A DNA stretch of 63,450 bases, filler included, from Basidioascus undulatus (GCA_000826855.1; 6 parts of 6 records of this genome joined end to end with filler, not necessarily neighbours in it); one strand, 5' to 3'; counted from the first letter of the whole stretch, positions 33,790-50,045 are shown. Numbers and translations are program-made. The notes: generated by a model not told the origin, from the sequence alone.

Positions 33790-36700
33790 CGATCACTCGC
33801 AGATGACACCCACTGTCAGCGAGAAGTTCGCGCTCTCGGCGGCGCCTGTGGACTGGGGAGCGATGACCGATAGACCAGGTGCGCTCGGACAGCTTATTGT
33901 GGAAGGCGAACTGAAAGGGCAAGACTGGAGTGACTGATACTGGAGCGGACATGTAGAGCCGGATGATCGGTTGCATAACCCCGATCCGAGGAGAGATCGA
34001 AAGTACGTCGAGAACAGGCGTGCCTGTGAACCGGGCAAGGGTGCTGAATATTGGCTCTCTGCAGCAACGATTCGGCCGGCACAATCTTCACATGGCGGTA
34101 AACGCTCTCTATCTAGCAGTTACTTATAACAGCCAAGCTGATGTAGGAACCTGCCGAACAGCGGCCTCATGAATATCGGTTTTCTGGCCCTCCTAGCTGC
34201 GGCTTTGTTGATGCTCTTGTGCGTACAATCCAATTACGCCCTTTCCTTCTTACATGAATCACCTATTTAAATAAAATGATGACCAGTGCGGGTTATCCGC
34301 TCTACACCGCTTATGGCAAAAAGGGCCAAAACACCAGCGGTGGATTCAACCTCGTGCGTAACCATTTCTGTTTTCAAGGGGTGGGGAACGAAGTCTCCTG
34401 GGCCCAACACTGACAGCTCTGACACGTCCGCAACTTCAGGGATTTATCAATGCCTCAGGCCAGGTCGCGGATTTCCCTAATGGGCAATTCGTGAGATCCC
34501 GGCCCTTTTCGCGTTGCCACACGGGAGCCTCGAGGCGATACAGGTCATGCTACTGACTGCAGCTGCCGCATAACCACTCAGGGTCTAATCGATCCAGATA
34601 CGCCTGCGGAAGCCTTTACGCGAATGGGTGAGAAGCACGGGCTACCTTATGGCTGGGAGAGTTTAACTTACTCTCGGTCGTGGGGAACCGTAGGATACAA
34701 CGGCGAGGAATTCGAGTTAGTTTTCAGCGACGAGTTTAACGTCAATGGCCGCACGGTGTGTCCTAACATCTTTCGCCTCCTTTCTCCGAGGCTGACTGGT
34801 ACTGCTTTGGGACAGTTCTACCCCGGCGACGACCCTTATTGGGAGGCTGTCGACATGCACTACTGGTACGCGCTCCCCATTCAGTATGCCGTATTTCATC
34901 GAAGCTAAACATCAGATGCAGGGGAACGAACAACTTGGAGGTTTGTACGACACCTTTTCGCCCAGTCGGCTGTGACTGAAATCATGCGATGGACGACAGT
35001 GGTACAGTCCTCGGCAAATCACGACGTCTGAAGGTAATCTCGAGATTACGCTGGACGACACTCCGGTAAGATTTCTCAAGTAGTGATTTCGATTGCAGTA
35101 CTGACGCTTTGAGCCGCGCAGTCGCACAACCTCGAGTACGAGGGCGGCATGATGGCGACTTGGAACAAGTGGGCTGGGTTCTTCTGGCATATCCCGTGCA
35201 ACTGGGTCTTATAGGTTCTTTTATCCAGGTTCTGCTTTACCGGTGGTTACTTGACGGCGAACATCTCCCTGCCTGGTGCTAGGTGCGCCTTGCCGTTTCT
35301 GCCCCACAAACCCTCATTGACGCTCCTGCAATCGACACCGCGTCTAGCGACGTTGTACGTATGCTTTGCAACTCAGCTCTGCAGTATATGCCTTAATGTT
35401 GACCTCGAGTCACAAAGTGGGGGCTGTGGCCAGGCGAGTCGATTTTTCTCAGCGTTTCTGCCAGCGGCTGATACTCTGGAAAACGGTAGCCTTTTGGTCG
35501 ATGGGGAACCTCGGTCGCGCAGGATATGGTGCTTCGCTGGACGGCATGTGGTGCGTATCCTCTGAGGCTGGGTTTCGATTCGGGCAGCCTTATTCTGATG
35601 AAACGTACACTGCTGACAACAGGCCGTACACCTATGACTCGTAACGCAATCCCCGCTTTCTGCAAGCGTATCGCCGCAACTAACGCGCACTTTCTCCTGT
35701 AGCTGTGACGTTGGGGTGCGCATCCGCAAGCCGCACAACTTTGATGATGAGATAAGGTGCTCACGATTTCGTGGTCATGTAGACCCTCAGAAACCAGTCC
35801 CTCAACAGTACGAGCCCTTGGACTTCTATCGGACACTTCTAATTGTTTATGATCTTCCACTCTTCGTAGACTATCCTCCCGCCGCAACAACCACGGGCGA
35901 TCCGAGCTATGTAAGATAACTTCAATGTCTTCCCCGCAACGGTTCCCCGGCACCTTTTACTTATAGACTATCCTTTAAGGACAACTCACTTTCGTACCTT
36001 GAGGGTCAGAAATTGTCTCGCTGCACGTGCGAGGGCGAGGTGCGTCTTGCTGCTTGATGCTGGTATTCTCGTCCGCTCACAGGTCACGATTGCCCGGGTA
36101 GGATCACCCCGGTCCTAAGCATCCAGACGGGTGTGTTCAACTATGCTACTAAAACAATGCGATATAGAGGAGGCTCATGCCAGCTACTTCGCAGAACTTT
36201 CGTTGGACGAGCAGCGCCAGAGATTGATGTGCTTGAGGCACAGGTCGAAGAAGCTACGAGGACAGGTGTGTACCGTGTCGGCTTCCGCAGCGGCGTGAGC
36301 TTGATGCTCACCGTCTTCCCCTACAGGCCACGGTCCGTCCTTATTTCAGCTGAATATATTTGTTACATGCGAGCTGACAGAGACGCCGGTTTCAGTCTCC
36401 ATGTCCGGACAGTGGGCTCCGTTCAACGCGGTAAGTTCTCTCGCTTGAAATCCTCGAGCTGCTTCGTATGCGGGACGTTTCCTTACACCCAGGACGCCTT
36501 ACAGAACTACTTTTGGGTGCGATAACTTTTCCAGTTTGCCGTTCTTCAACAGCTGCTGACTCACTTCATTTGGAAGACCAACACTACCGAGTACGTCGGT
36601 TGGTATTCTGGAGCGTTGACGGGGAAACTGACATGCACTTGGCGAATAGCAACTATTTCATGGGTACGTGTCAAGCCTGCTTAGCCGCCTATCCCAAGAA

Positions 36701-38293
36701 ATTTCTAACGCTGTTGCCGTGATTGTCCAGCCGACATGTAAGGTGGTAAAGGATGTCAAGAATGAGCACCCTAAGCTGAGTCATTGGTTCACAGGGAGCA
36801 CAACGAGCTCAACACCTACAAAGGTTAGTTTCTGTGCCTCGCAGCTTCTGAACCATCGGTGCTCATAAGACTTGCCCCCACCAGGCGGTGTATTCCAGCA
36901 ATCGACGTCGGGTGTTATCATGACCAACCAAGAGTGCGTTGGCTGCATTTTCCCCTCACGCTGTAGACGTGATGCTGACGCTACAACCTATCCAGGTGCT
37001 ACCAGAACAGCGGTGGTTGTTTTGAGGAGTACGGGTTCGAGTACGCACCTGGAAACGACGGGTTCATCACTTGGTCCATCAACCAAAGAGCCGTTTGGGG
37101 CCTCACCGGTGCGTTCGTTCTTTCCAAAAGTCTACTTCTGCGCCTCCGGCTCCCACTTAATTGGCTACACTCTACCATGCCTCCTATTACAGCTGCGGGT
37201 GTAGGCCCGGACCCAGAGTCCATGATCAGTCAGCGTCCCGTTCCTTACGAGCCGATGGTGCGTGTTGAAGATGGTCAGCGTTGCCCGCGTTGTTCTGATT
37301 CTTTATTATGGGCAGTATATCCTGCTTAACCAGGGTATCTCTAAGAAGTGAGATTTTCAAACCCAAGATCTGATCAGATGGGAATGGCTCATGCATCTGT
37401 GGCGTTTCACAGCTTCGGGTGAGTAGGTCGTGGATACGACTAGCCTGCTTGAGGTGCTGACTGCAAATTACAGTAACATTGCATTCGACCAGCTTCACTT
37501 CGTAGGTACCTTTCTACAGGGAAATACAGCGTGTCTGACTTTCCAAATCCTTTCAGCCGACCATCATGAAGGTCGACTGGGTCCGAGTGTGCGTTACTCA
37601 GCAATCGTTTTCAAATTCAGTGACCCGCTGACAGCGTCTCCGCATCTCAGCTATCAACCCAAGTAAGTAGGCTTGGAATTAGCTTGGGACGCGTAAATTG
37701 ATATCTTGTTCTCAGGGGGAAGCGCAACATCGGGTAAGTCGCCAGTCCCTTCCGTATCACCAACGCATATCGCATGCTCACCCATTGTGCAACGGCCGCT
37801 GCAAGCTGCGACCCTCCCGAGGTAAGCGCACCGTTCTTCCCATGATTCACCCATACTGACGTTTTCTCTTATCGAACAGTACCCCACTGCCGATTATGTA
37901 TGTATGATTAACTTTGGTGCTTCACTTTGAAAGCTCATCATTGTATTTTCTCACAGATCAACAAACACGAGGAGGCGTACAAGAACCCTAATTTGACCAC
38001 GTAAGTACATTTTCAACGTCTTCGAAGTCCCTACTTTTGACTGAAAATGGCATAACCTGCGTACAGCTGGAAGCAATTGTAAGTTAGGAACATGGTTTGC
38101 GCAGACGGCAGGGGTTGATGAGTCCTTCACAGCAACATGGAGTACCCGAAGAATGCCCTCATGGTAAAAGCAATCAAGAATTTTTCAAACCTTTAGTCTG
38201 TATGACTAATAATGACCATGCCGACAGAACCAAGACGACCCCGCCTGCCAGACGGCGCTGAAGGTCGCGCCGCCTGAGCTGCTGCAGCTATAG
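33790..38293 (+). CDS. KRE6: KRE6/SKN1-family GH16 beta-1,6-glucan synthesis-associated type II membrane protein; true start probably further upstream
   Basis: EPDDRLHNPDP, transmembrane [87 protein letters not shown], catalytic APEIDVLE and YPKN. Confidence 0.93.
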
Positions 38294-39199
38294 ATGGCAT
38301 ACGGCCATAAGGGCTACGCTGCCCGTCAACTTCGGCGCTTTGATATAGCTACCTGTACTTTGCACTTACCAGCGGAATTTGCATCTGAAGTCTAGATTGT
38401 GTGCCTAGAGAGGGGCGCGGGCTGTCTGGAAAGGCGGACCTTCGGGAACAGCGGCATTCCGCACTCACGGCAGCGAAAACAAATGGCCCCACATTTACCT
38501 TTGCAATCTTAAGTGCACCCTACAACAAAGTTCGCCCGTATAGTCTAAGGCTTCTGATCCTGTGCGTGAAATGATACTGTCGTGGCGGAACCCGTTTGAG
38601 ACTGCTTGGAGCGTTGCGATGCAAGCAGTGCTAAAGCGGGGTATGGCCAAAGGAATCGAAATGCTATTCGTCCAGGGGCGCATTGCCTTGGGAAAGACTA
38701 ATGAGATCGTGGAATAAATACTCTTCAGTGTTTCGGGAAGACTCATTGTGCAGGCTGCCCCATGGTATTGTCGTCACATCGACGACATGTGCAATTGTAT
38801 TTTACCCTCCAGAGCATCGTACTTCAGTACTGATTTTTCTTCTTATCCAATGGTGTGGTAACTAGAGCGGTAGATTTGCAAGCGGGCTGTGTCACGCTGC
38901 ACGATCGTTCATGATCAGCCCAAGTCGTTTTCTCAGTCGCACGGACACTGTTGTAGGTGGTGCACACTCTTTCTGAAATTGCTCCCTGACCAATTACAGC
39001 AAGTGTATCAATAACGCGGAAAATCGGTGGAATGCGATACTGCAAAGGTGGCGTTGAAAGGCGCCAAGCTTTGCTCGTTCACACAGTGCACACGTACTCA
39101 GCGGCTTGTCCCAGTACCACACCGACAAAGGCGCCCCAACATCTCACGTATGTCCATATCACCTACCAAAATCTCCTGACAACATCAACATTCGACTCA

Positions 39200-40451
39200 G
39201 ACCTGTGCAAGAGAACGTCAAAGCTACCGCCCGAGATCGTCTCGCGTCTTCGCGCTCGCGACGGACGACAAGAGGGACAGGGAGAGCGAAGTTCGCCAGA
39301 ACTCCTTCCTCTCCACGCGCGCTACCTTGACGCTTCTAACAAGGCTAGGAACGTAGGTGCTCAATTTTCTACCCGAAACCTTTCCAAGAGTGCGCTAAAG
39401 GCGGCTGCGTCCCTTCGGTAGCCTTCCGCTACGACGCTCCTCTACCGGCACATCCTGATCGACTACTTGTTTCGCATGCGCCAGCTCATTTCGGCTCTTT
39501 CGAATGCCCAATCACAGGGCCATTCTCTTGGCACCCACACCTCGACACTTCACGTGCTCGCTATCGATCCTGACGACGTCGAGGAGTACGACATCCTCGA
39601 GTCGCTCGCTGAGCTTCTCGCGTTCTTCCCTCGCCTCGCTTCCCTCATTATCGAGCCACATGAGAACTTGAACATTTCGTCGGACTCCTTCAAAGCTATC
39701 AGTCGCACCATCGTACCCAACGCCGAGCATCTTCGCGTCTTGCGTGGTCTCAAACTCCGATTGCTGGAATTCAAGAACATCATAGCATTCTCCGAGCATT
39801 TACCCACCTCGAAGACCTCAAAGGATCGATCGGCTTCGTACCGACATTGTCGGGCCGGTTAAACCGCTTCAATTCCCACGTCTGGTCAAGCTCGACCTGA
39901 AGCTCAGCGGTATGACCGACGCCTTCACGCGCCTCCTCGGCGCGTCGCACTTGCCCGGCTGTGACGGATCTTCGCCTGAAGCATCTCAACCCAAGGGTCA
40001 CCTTCGGTAACCTTCAGGTTATCATCGATTGCTTCGGTGCTCAGCTCGAATGCCTTCACCTCATCGTGCTGGAGTGGTTCAATCGTTCCTGTGATCTCTG
40101 CACTGTGCCCTCGCCTCCGCGTCTTCGCCACCATCGCCGATCATTTCGTGGCCACCAATCCCATATATCTATCCCACTCCCTTCTAGAAACGTTAGAGAT
40201 GGCCAAGCAGTGGCGTCCGAGGCGACGACGTTGCCATGGCCGCCCTGTCGCGCTTGCTCGAGGCGCCCGGCATTCATGAGCGGCTGCCTGTGCTCAAGAG
40301 CGTCCAATTCAGCGGCTGGGACTACGAGGATCTTCGATCGAACGGTTCGGACGACGTGTCCTGGCTGGAGCGCATGGGCGATGTGCTCAGCCGCGTGTCT
40401 GTTCGGGCTTTGGACAAGAGGGGGCAGGTGCTGGCTGCGCAGAGGGCGTGA
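39200..40451 (+). pseudogene. F-box/LRR-like gene, frameshifted
   Basis: KLPPEIVSR, ATTLLYRHILI, LLAFFPRLASL and LCPRLRVF fall in different frames with no intron signals that explain the shifts. Confidence 0.55.
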
Positions 40452-41765
40452 TGGCTCCTTTCAACCTCGGCGCAATGGCTATTTATTTTTGGGAAAAAGC
40501 ACTATATGGAGCAAGACTTTATATCTGTTTAATCACCATCAGTAACGAGAACATTACCTTGTGGTTTTCTCGTTCTCAGCACCTGCAGTCGCAAGGCCCG
40601 AAAGCAAATCCACGGGCCACAGTCTTCACCCTGAACCTCTATCAGTAACCTCATGGATGTCATGAAATTATAGAATCCACAAATTAAATTCAAGACAGGT
40701 TTCCACATTACTCAGAAATAGAAACAGCCTTCTCAGGACGTTCAGACTCGTCATGACACTATTAATACTGATATGCTGAGTGGGCTTCACATCCGCTGCT
40801 CTCGCATACTGATGAGCCAACGGTATCCCTGCTTCACGATATACCAGTGTTTTTCGACAATGCCAGACTGACACACTTCTGCGCAATCAAACGAGGCAAG
40901 CGGTTGCCCTTTCACAGTCCTTGCTACAGACGCTTCGAAAAGCATGCATATTGAACAGGCGTGCGCCCTTTGAGGATGCACGTCAACTTTCGCCGGTGTA
41001 TTGGGGCACTGTGACAGTGCAGGCAGAACTCATTGGAGTAGGCACTGCAGTTGCAGCCTCGGGTGAGTGTTCTCTGCTGCTTCTCCTTCCCCCCCTACCG
41101 GCATTGGATTATTCCTCTTTTACAATATGTACGCAACGAGCGGTGCATCGTACAACTCATACAACTCCACGATGGTGGCCCGAGCAGAGGCAAACGCGCT
41201 AGCTGTACACCCGCCATGTAGACCGCTCCTCGCCCTCAATAATAATCCGTGCCCACACATCGTGCGGGCATCCGATAAGCCTAGCTCATCACACCAACTG
41301 CGGATTATGATGCGAGCGCCGACGCCCATGAATTGAGGAGAGGACCGCTCTCCCCCGCAGCGCTGCGGGGCTGCTGCGTCGACAGGCCTCTTTTTGTTGG
41401 TGTAACGCGCTGAGACGCGATGTGCTGGCAGCGAGACGCTGTCTTCCTGGGATGTGGGCAGTGTATTGTCAGAGATATGGATGGCAAATAGTGCTCTGAG
41501 AAAGTGTGTAAAATGCGTGTTTGGAGGCGATACGCGTTTGGCTTAATGACGCCGCGAGGGGCGGGCGAGTCGGCGCGGGACCCTGAGCCTCGAGGCAGCA
41601 GGCGCGCCCCTGGCTGATGCCGGCTGCTGCGACTCGCGTTGGCCAGGCTCGCAGCCAGTCGACCCACCGTCTTCTCTCTTGAACCGCCATCACCACCACG
41701 CCCGCTGCCGGTCTGCTATACTCTCCCCATTCTCCCCCTTCCCCCTGGATCCTAGACTCTTCCAC

Positions 41766-44229
<2,464 letters not shown>

Positions 44230-46736
44230 ACGCTTTGCCCTTTGCGCTCATCGCCCCCCGTGATATCGCCGGAGAAGGACACAGCGACGTGAAGGAAGGA
44301 AGGACGAGAAGGAAGATTAAGTTGGGGGCGGGGACGGGCCCACGCGCACCTGCCTTTATACCCCGCTGGACTGACAAGTCGATGTTCAATGCGCCTTGTA
44401 TTCGCTCGCTTGCTTTATAGACATTCTCGAGAGAGCTGCAGGTCGTGCGTGGGTGCCGCTTCTGATGTGAATTTCTTCTTTCCTCCGACGTTTGCGAACA
44501 AGACCGGAAGGGTACATCCGTTAGCCCCGTACTATCATCCGGACGTTGCAGCACTGCGACCGGAACGTCCACAAGTCATGCATGTCGTCTCGCGGCACAT
44601 AGCTGCCCGTCCTCTGCACCGGCCAACCCAGCTGCCAGCTGCCAGCTGCCCCAACCTGCCTCAATGCTCATCCAACTAATCGCAAGGCATCGGAGCCGGT
44701 CCACACCGCTTGATCGTACGAAGGGGACTTGCGTTCGAATGAGAAGGGTTTGTCGAACTCCGCAAGGTCATCCGGGACTTATCGCTGCGCACTTGCTCCC
44801 ACGCCAGGAAGCGCTGGACGACCAGCCCTGCTCAAGCAATGGAGGATTAGGAGTCAATATCTCCACTAATAAAGGCATTTCATTTCAATGGATGAGGGCG
44901 CAACTCATTCGATCCCACTCGCCGAAACCGCCCATGAGCCTCCCCTCCCGCTTGCCGCGCTCCAAGAAAGCGCGCGCCATGCCTCGCTCGCGGAGGTCGA
45001 CCATGGTCTGTCCGGTGCCCGCTGGAACTGCCTCTCATGTTCTAGTCTCGCATTGAGACAGATCAGGAAGCGGCATGCCAGTTTCGCGCGTGCCCAGCGC
45101 TGCACGTTGTGGCCGATTGTCGCCCAGATGACCTCGAGCTCCGGAGTCCAGCGCGCTGGCGGACAGTCGGAGAACATCTTGAAGGATAAGATGCAATGGG
45201 CCATGTTGTCGCGTGGCAGGAGGGAGTACATTGTGCTTTTAGGCATGGTGAGAGTTATGGTTGGGGGAGTCGGGAGAAAGCAAGCTAGCAACAGCATCCG
45301 GCGTCTTGTCGAGTCGTCCGAAAGTGAGACTCGCAGTGGTCTCAGTTACACAGCAATCCCGGGAATTATAATCGTTGTGCTTCTACAATTTAGACCATAG
45401 TCTCCTGAAGCTGAGCCAATGTTTCACACTGCTGCTGGACGGTTTACTCGGTAGCATCGCTTGAGGCAAACAGGGAAGCACTGCCTTGAAGACACCAGCT
45501 ACGTCCGACGGCTTGCTCTGCCTCTGAACATTGAGATTGTACACTTCAAAATATTCGATGATGCTTGCATCCGTCAGTCGAGGATGCCCAAGTCTGGACT
45601 TGGGACGCCATCCAAGCAATCTTTCGGTGGCACATTGTGCAGTTTGTTACCCGTCAGCGTGTGCAGTGGACAGGCATACTCATAATTACACTATATTTTC
45701 GGAGCAAAATAGCTCTGTAGGTGCCGTCCAAGCGGCTGGAGGGAAGCGAGAGGCGAGGCAGTGTGTTCACCATGGTGGTGAAAACGCCTGTGCAGCTCGC
45801 TTGGACATGCTTACAAGATAATCTCGAGAGAGCTTCAGGCCCTCAAGCCTACCGTCCTTGGTGACCATTGCATTGCTCGGGGATTTGCACATGACGGCGC
45901 CAGGTGTATCGGCTCAGATTCGTTGCTGGCGGCAAAGCATGCGAACCTGTGGACGCACGTCTCATCATCCTCTGAAAAACACCAGATCCCGTCGCCTCAC
46001 AAACTGACCACTCCAGCATGAAGTTGTCTTCAACTACACGAAGACCACGAACTTCCTTGCTGGGGCATCATCTGGCCCGGGGTCGTTGCACGCAGTCTCG
46101 TCTCTGGCACAGCAACTGTGAGAGCAAGCCCACAGACTCCTGCTCGCTGGACGACACTGTACTCGGAGCAATGCGCTGCACCTATCTCAAAAATTACAAC
46201 AGGGCTTTCCTGTGTAAGCCGCCTAATGTGGAGTTGCAGTTTGCATTCGTTGCGGACATCGGCCGAGCATACCGAAGCACACTCGGAAAGCCGGCGGAGT
46301 GCCGTCTTCACTTGCCTGCGCTGGAGGGTGTGTACCATCGACAGAGCTTTAAAGGGCGAGCAAATACGCCTTTGCTTTGCCTTTCTCAGCGCGGAACATG
46401 ATCAGCACCATCAGCGCTGACTTGATCGATGAGCACTAGGACATCAGGGAGTCAGCGAGTGCAAAAAGGTGCCATAACGCACCGCGAATCTGCCCCCGCC
46501 GACAGCCGAGCGTTGGTTTGAGTGCAAAAGGGAAGGAAATAAGGATTCTCCCTGAAAGCGATGCGAATCGCGCATAGCCGAGGTCCAAAGCCGAGGAAAT
46601 CTGCCTCCTTTTTAAAGAGGGACCGGCCTGGACGGCTGCTTGACGCTGCACTGACTCGCCGCGCAACTGAATCTTGAGGTCTTCTTCGTTCGCCCGCCCC
46701 TTGTCTTTGCCCGCTTGCCCTCCGCCGCTTGCCTTG

Positions 46737-48980
46737 ATGCTCGCTCGCTCCGCCCGCGCCGCCGCCTCGACTCTTGTTCGCTCCGCGCTCACCACAGCAT
46801 ACTTCTCTCCCGCTGCCGTCGCACGCCCCGCTCTCGCGAAAATGGCTTCTTCCAGCGCTGTGCCTTTGCCCAAGGACTTCGTGAGTCACGGGAGAGATCG
46901 CAGGGGCTCGGCAGGGAGAGCAGAGCGGTAGGGAACGGGATGGAGGGAAGGAATAGAAGGATGTTAAGGGTGCTGGAAGGAGTATTAAAAGCGTCCAGAA
47001 CATTTGGAGGGAGCGAGGACACCCATGGCGAATGCAACACCTGCTGACCCGACTTGTATTCCCGCAGAACGCCTGCCTGTACCAGACCTTGGAGCAGGCG
47101 GACCCCGAGATCGCGGACATCATCAAGGATGAGACGTACCGGCAGTTCACCGGCCTCGAGCTCATCGCGTCCGAGAACCTGACCTCCCTCGCCGTCATCG
47201 AGGCCAACGGTTCCATCCTTGTGCGTTCCCCGCGCCGCGCACGCCCTTGTACCCTTCTCGCGAGAGCGCTTATAATTGTGCCCCGGAACAGACCAACAAG
47301 TACTCTGAGGGTCTCCCGGGTGCGCGTTACTACGGTGGTAACGAGTACGTCGTATCGGCGTCCAGCGTGGGAAGGAAGACGCCAGGACTGGGACTGAGAC
47401 GCTGGGCGCAAACAGACACATCGACCGCCTCGAGGAGCTCTGCCGCAAGCGTGCACTTGAGGCGTTCGGCCTTGACCCGCAGGTAAGCCGCTGTGGAGGG
47501 GCTGGCTGGCGAGGCAGGGACGGCGGGACTGATGCGATCTGAGGATGCCAGGTTTGGGGCGTCAACGTCCAGCCTTACTCGTACGTTTCTCTTTTCATTA
47601 CCTTGCGTTTGGGAAGCACATTGACGGACTTTTTGCTTATGCAGTGGCTCCACTGCCAAGTGCGTTTTGGGTGTCTGCTCGAAGATGGGCGGGCAGATGC
47701 TGACCCTGCGCATCGCAACAGCTTCGCGGCCTTCACTGCGCTCATCCAGCCGCAGGACCGCATCATGGGCCTCGGCCTCCCCGACGGTGGCCACCTGACC
47801 CACGGCTACTACACCCCAAAGAAGAAGATCTCTGCTTCTTCCATCTGTGTGTCGCGCGCCTCTTCCATCTTCCACCCACGTTCCCCTTCTCTGAGGCTCA
47901 AAATCTTACCCCTTCCGTCGCTCGCAGACTTCCAGTCCCTTCCCTACCAGGTCGACAAGTCCACCGGGCTGATCGACTACGACGGCCTCGAGGCGAACGC
48001 CAAGCTCTTCAAGCCCAGGCTCGTCATCTGCGGCGCGTCCGCGTACCCGCGTGACTGGGACTACGGGCGCCTTCGCAAGATTGCCGACAGCCAGGGCGCG
48101 TACCTCTTGATGGACATGGCGCACATCTCGGGTCTCGTCGCCGGCAAGGTCCAAAACAGCCCCTTCGACTATTGCGACGTCGTCACCACTACCACGTGCG
48201 TGCCCTCCCCAGCGTGGATCTTGCGTTGGGAGATTGGGAGTGGTTGGCTGACTTGGGGAATGGGTTCGCATGCACAGCCACAAGACCCTCCGTGGCCCCC
48301 GTGCCGGTCTCATCTTCTTCCGCAAGGACAAGGAGGCCGACCTCGAGACCCGTGTCAACAACGCCGTCTTCCCCGCGTGCCAGGGTGGCCCCCACAACAA
48401 CGTGAGATTCCGTGTCCTCCATCTTCCGTCTCTCTTCCTCTTTCCCCAAGCCTCACCATTACTGCCTCACCTGGACAGACCATCGCCGGTATCGCCGTCG
48501 CGCTCAAGCAGGCGGCCTCGCCCGAGTTCAAGGCGTACGCGGGCGCGGTGATCGACAACTCGCGCACCCTCGCTGAGGAGCTCCTCAAGCACGACTACAA
48601 GCTCCAGACGTCTGGCTCTGACAACCACCTCGTCCTCTGGGACCTCCGCCCCCTCGGCCTTACCGGCTCCAAGATCGAGAAGATCTGCGACCTTGCGCAC
48701 ATCACCGTGTAAACTTCACTCCCCTCCCGTCTCCTTGTCTCCATTTGGACTAATCTGACAATCAATCGTGGTTGTCGGCAGCAACAAGAACGCCGTCGCG
48801 GGCGACACCTCCGCGCAGGTCCCCGGAGGTGTCCGTATCGGCACATCTGCGCTCACCTCGCGCTCGATGGGCACGGCCGAGATGAAGCAGGTCGCCGAGT
48901 TCCTGCACCGCGCGGTGCAAATCTCGCTCGCGCTCCAGAAAGAGGCCGGCTCGAAGCTCCTCAAGGACTTCATCCGCGTC
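46737..48980 (+). CDS. SHMT: Serine hydroxymethyltransferase with a mitochondrial-type presequence; native C-terminus missing
   Basis: [80 protein letters not shown] and PGGVRIGT. Confidence 0.97.
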
Positions 48981-49109
48981 ATGGGCATCTACCCACCCGG
49001 CAGCCTGGTGCAACTGGAAGACGAGCGCTATGCGCTGGTATTGGGCATGAACCCGACCCAGGCGCTCAAGCCCACGTTGATCGTCTACGATGCCGACACG
49101 CCCAAGCAG
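48969..49109 (+). other. Bacterial HD-GYP phosphodiesterase-like C-terminal fragment fused to SHMT (probable chimeric contig end)
   Basis: [41 protein letters not shown] resembles the G(I/V)YPPGSLVxL motif that follows proteobacterial HD-GYP domains; it is not SHMT sequence. Confidence 0.8.
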
Positions 49110-49209
49110 NNNNNNNNNNNNNNNNNNNNNNNNNNNNNNNNNNNNNNNNNNNNTTAATTAATTAANNNNNNNNNNNNNNNNNNNNNNNNNNNNNNNNNNN
49201 NNNNNNNNN
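49110..49209. other. Artificial contig linker
   Basis: N-run with TTAATTAATTAA. Confidence 0.99.
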
Positions 49210-50045
49210 CCCACCGCTCGACAGGGCTTCGCTCGACAAGCCGACTCCCGCGCCGCCGACTGCCGGCGCACCTGGCGCGACCTCCTCCAGCTCGCCGCGG
49301 GCATGGTCGCACGAGCAGCTGCTCCACCTGTCGAATACGCTCGGCCTCAAAGTGGTGGAGATGACGAAGGCGCAGCATGAAATGTCGCGCACGATGCCCA
49401 TCGGTGCGTGGAGGACAGTCTTATTTCAGGTCTTCCGCTAATCGACATCTTTTCCTCAGCGGACGGCACGGCTCTTGGCTTCGTCGTCGAGACGCTGGCG
49501 ATGGTCAATGCCGTCCAGGATCCCGACGTGTTCCAGTTTGGGCAGCTAGTGTTCTCCCAAATTGGTGCCAGCGTCAACAAGCGGCTCGACGACCCGCGCC
49601 CCGGGTGAGCCCCGACCCCCATCGTCCAAGCCGGCTATCTACTGACTCGTCTTTGTTCCCTTAGCGATGTCATCGTCCTCATCGGCGCCGAGTTCAAGGG
49701 TCGCGTGCGTCCAGATCGAGTTCTTGCCCCACGATATTCATCTGACTTTCCGTTTGGCATTACCCAGAAGGGCCTCGGGAGCTACAAAGCTCAATTCGGC
49801 ATGGGCACCCCGCATGCTGCTTTCATCACCGAGTGCGACATAAAGAAGGGCAAGATGAGCGGCCTGCAGGCCACCGCCCAGGCCAACAAGTATCCGACGC
49901 TCGAGACCGCTTCATGGCGTTTGGCTGACCTGAAGTCTGGCGACGTCAAGGTGAGTGTTGCACAGAAGGGTCATGTGTATCTTTCCGTAGCGCGTGCTGA
50001 CTTGCGTTGCGCATGGTTCAGGTCTTCCGCCCTGTGCCGATCTAG
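49210..50045 (+). CDS. BBC1: 3' end of a BBC1/Mti1-like actin-patch protein (C-terminal domain)
   Basis: Pro-rich stretch, then FGQLVF...PRPG|DVIVLIGAEFKGR|KGLGSY...HAAFITECDIKKGK...SWRLADLKSGDVK|VFRPVPI*. Confidence 0.7.

Noticed and set aside
44905..46420. Short ORFs between UGM and SHMT
   Set aside because: No coherent gene model or recognisable motif; possibly old remnants.
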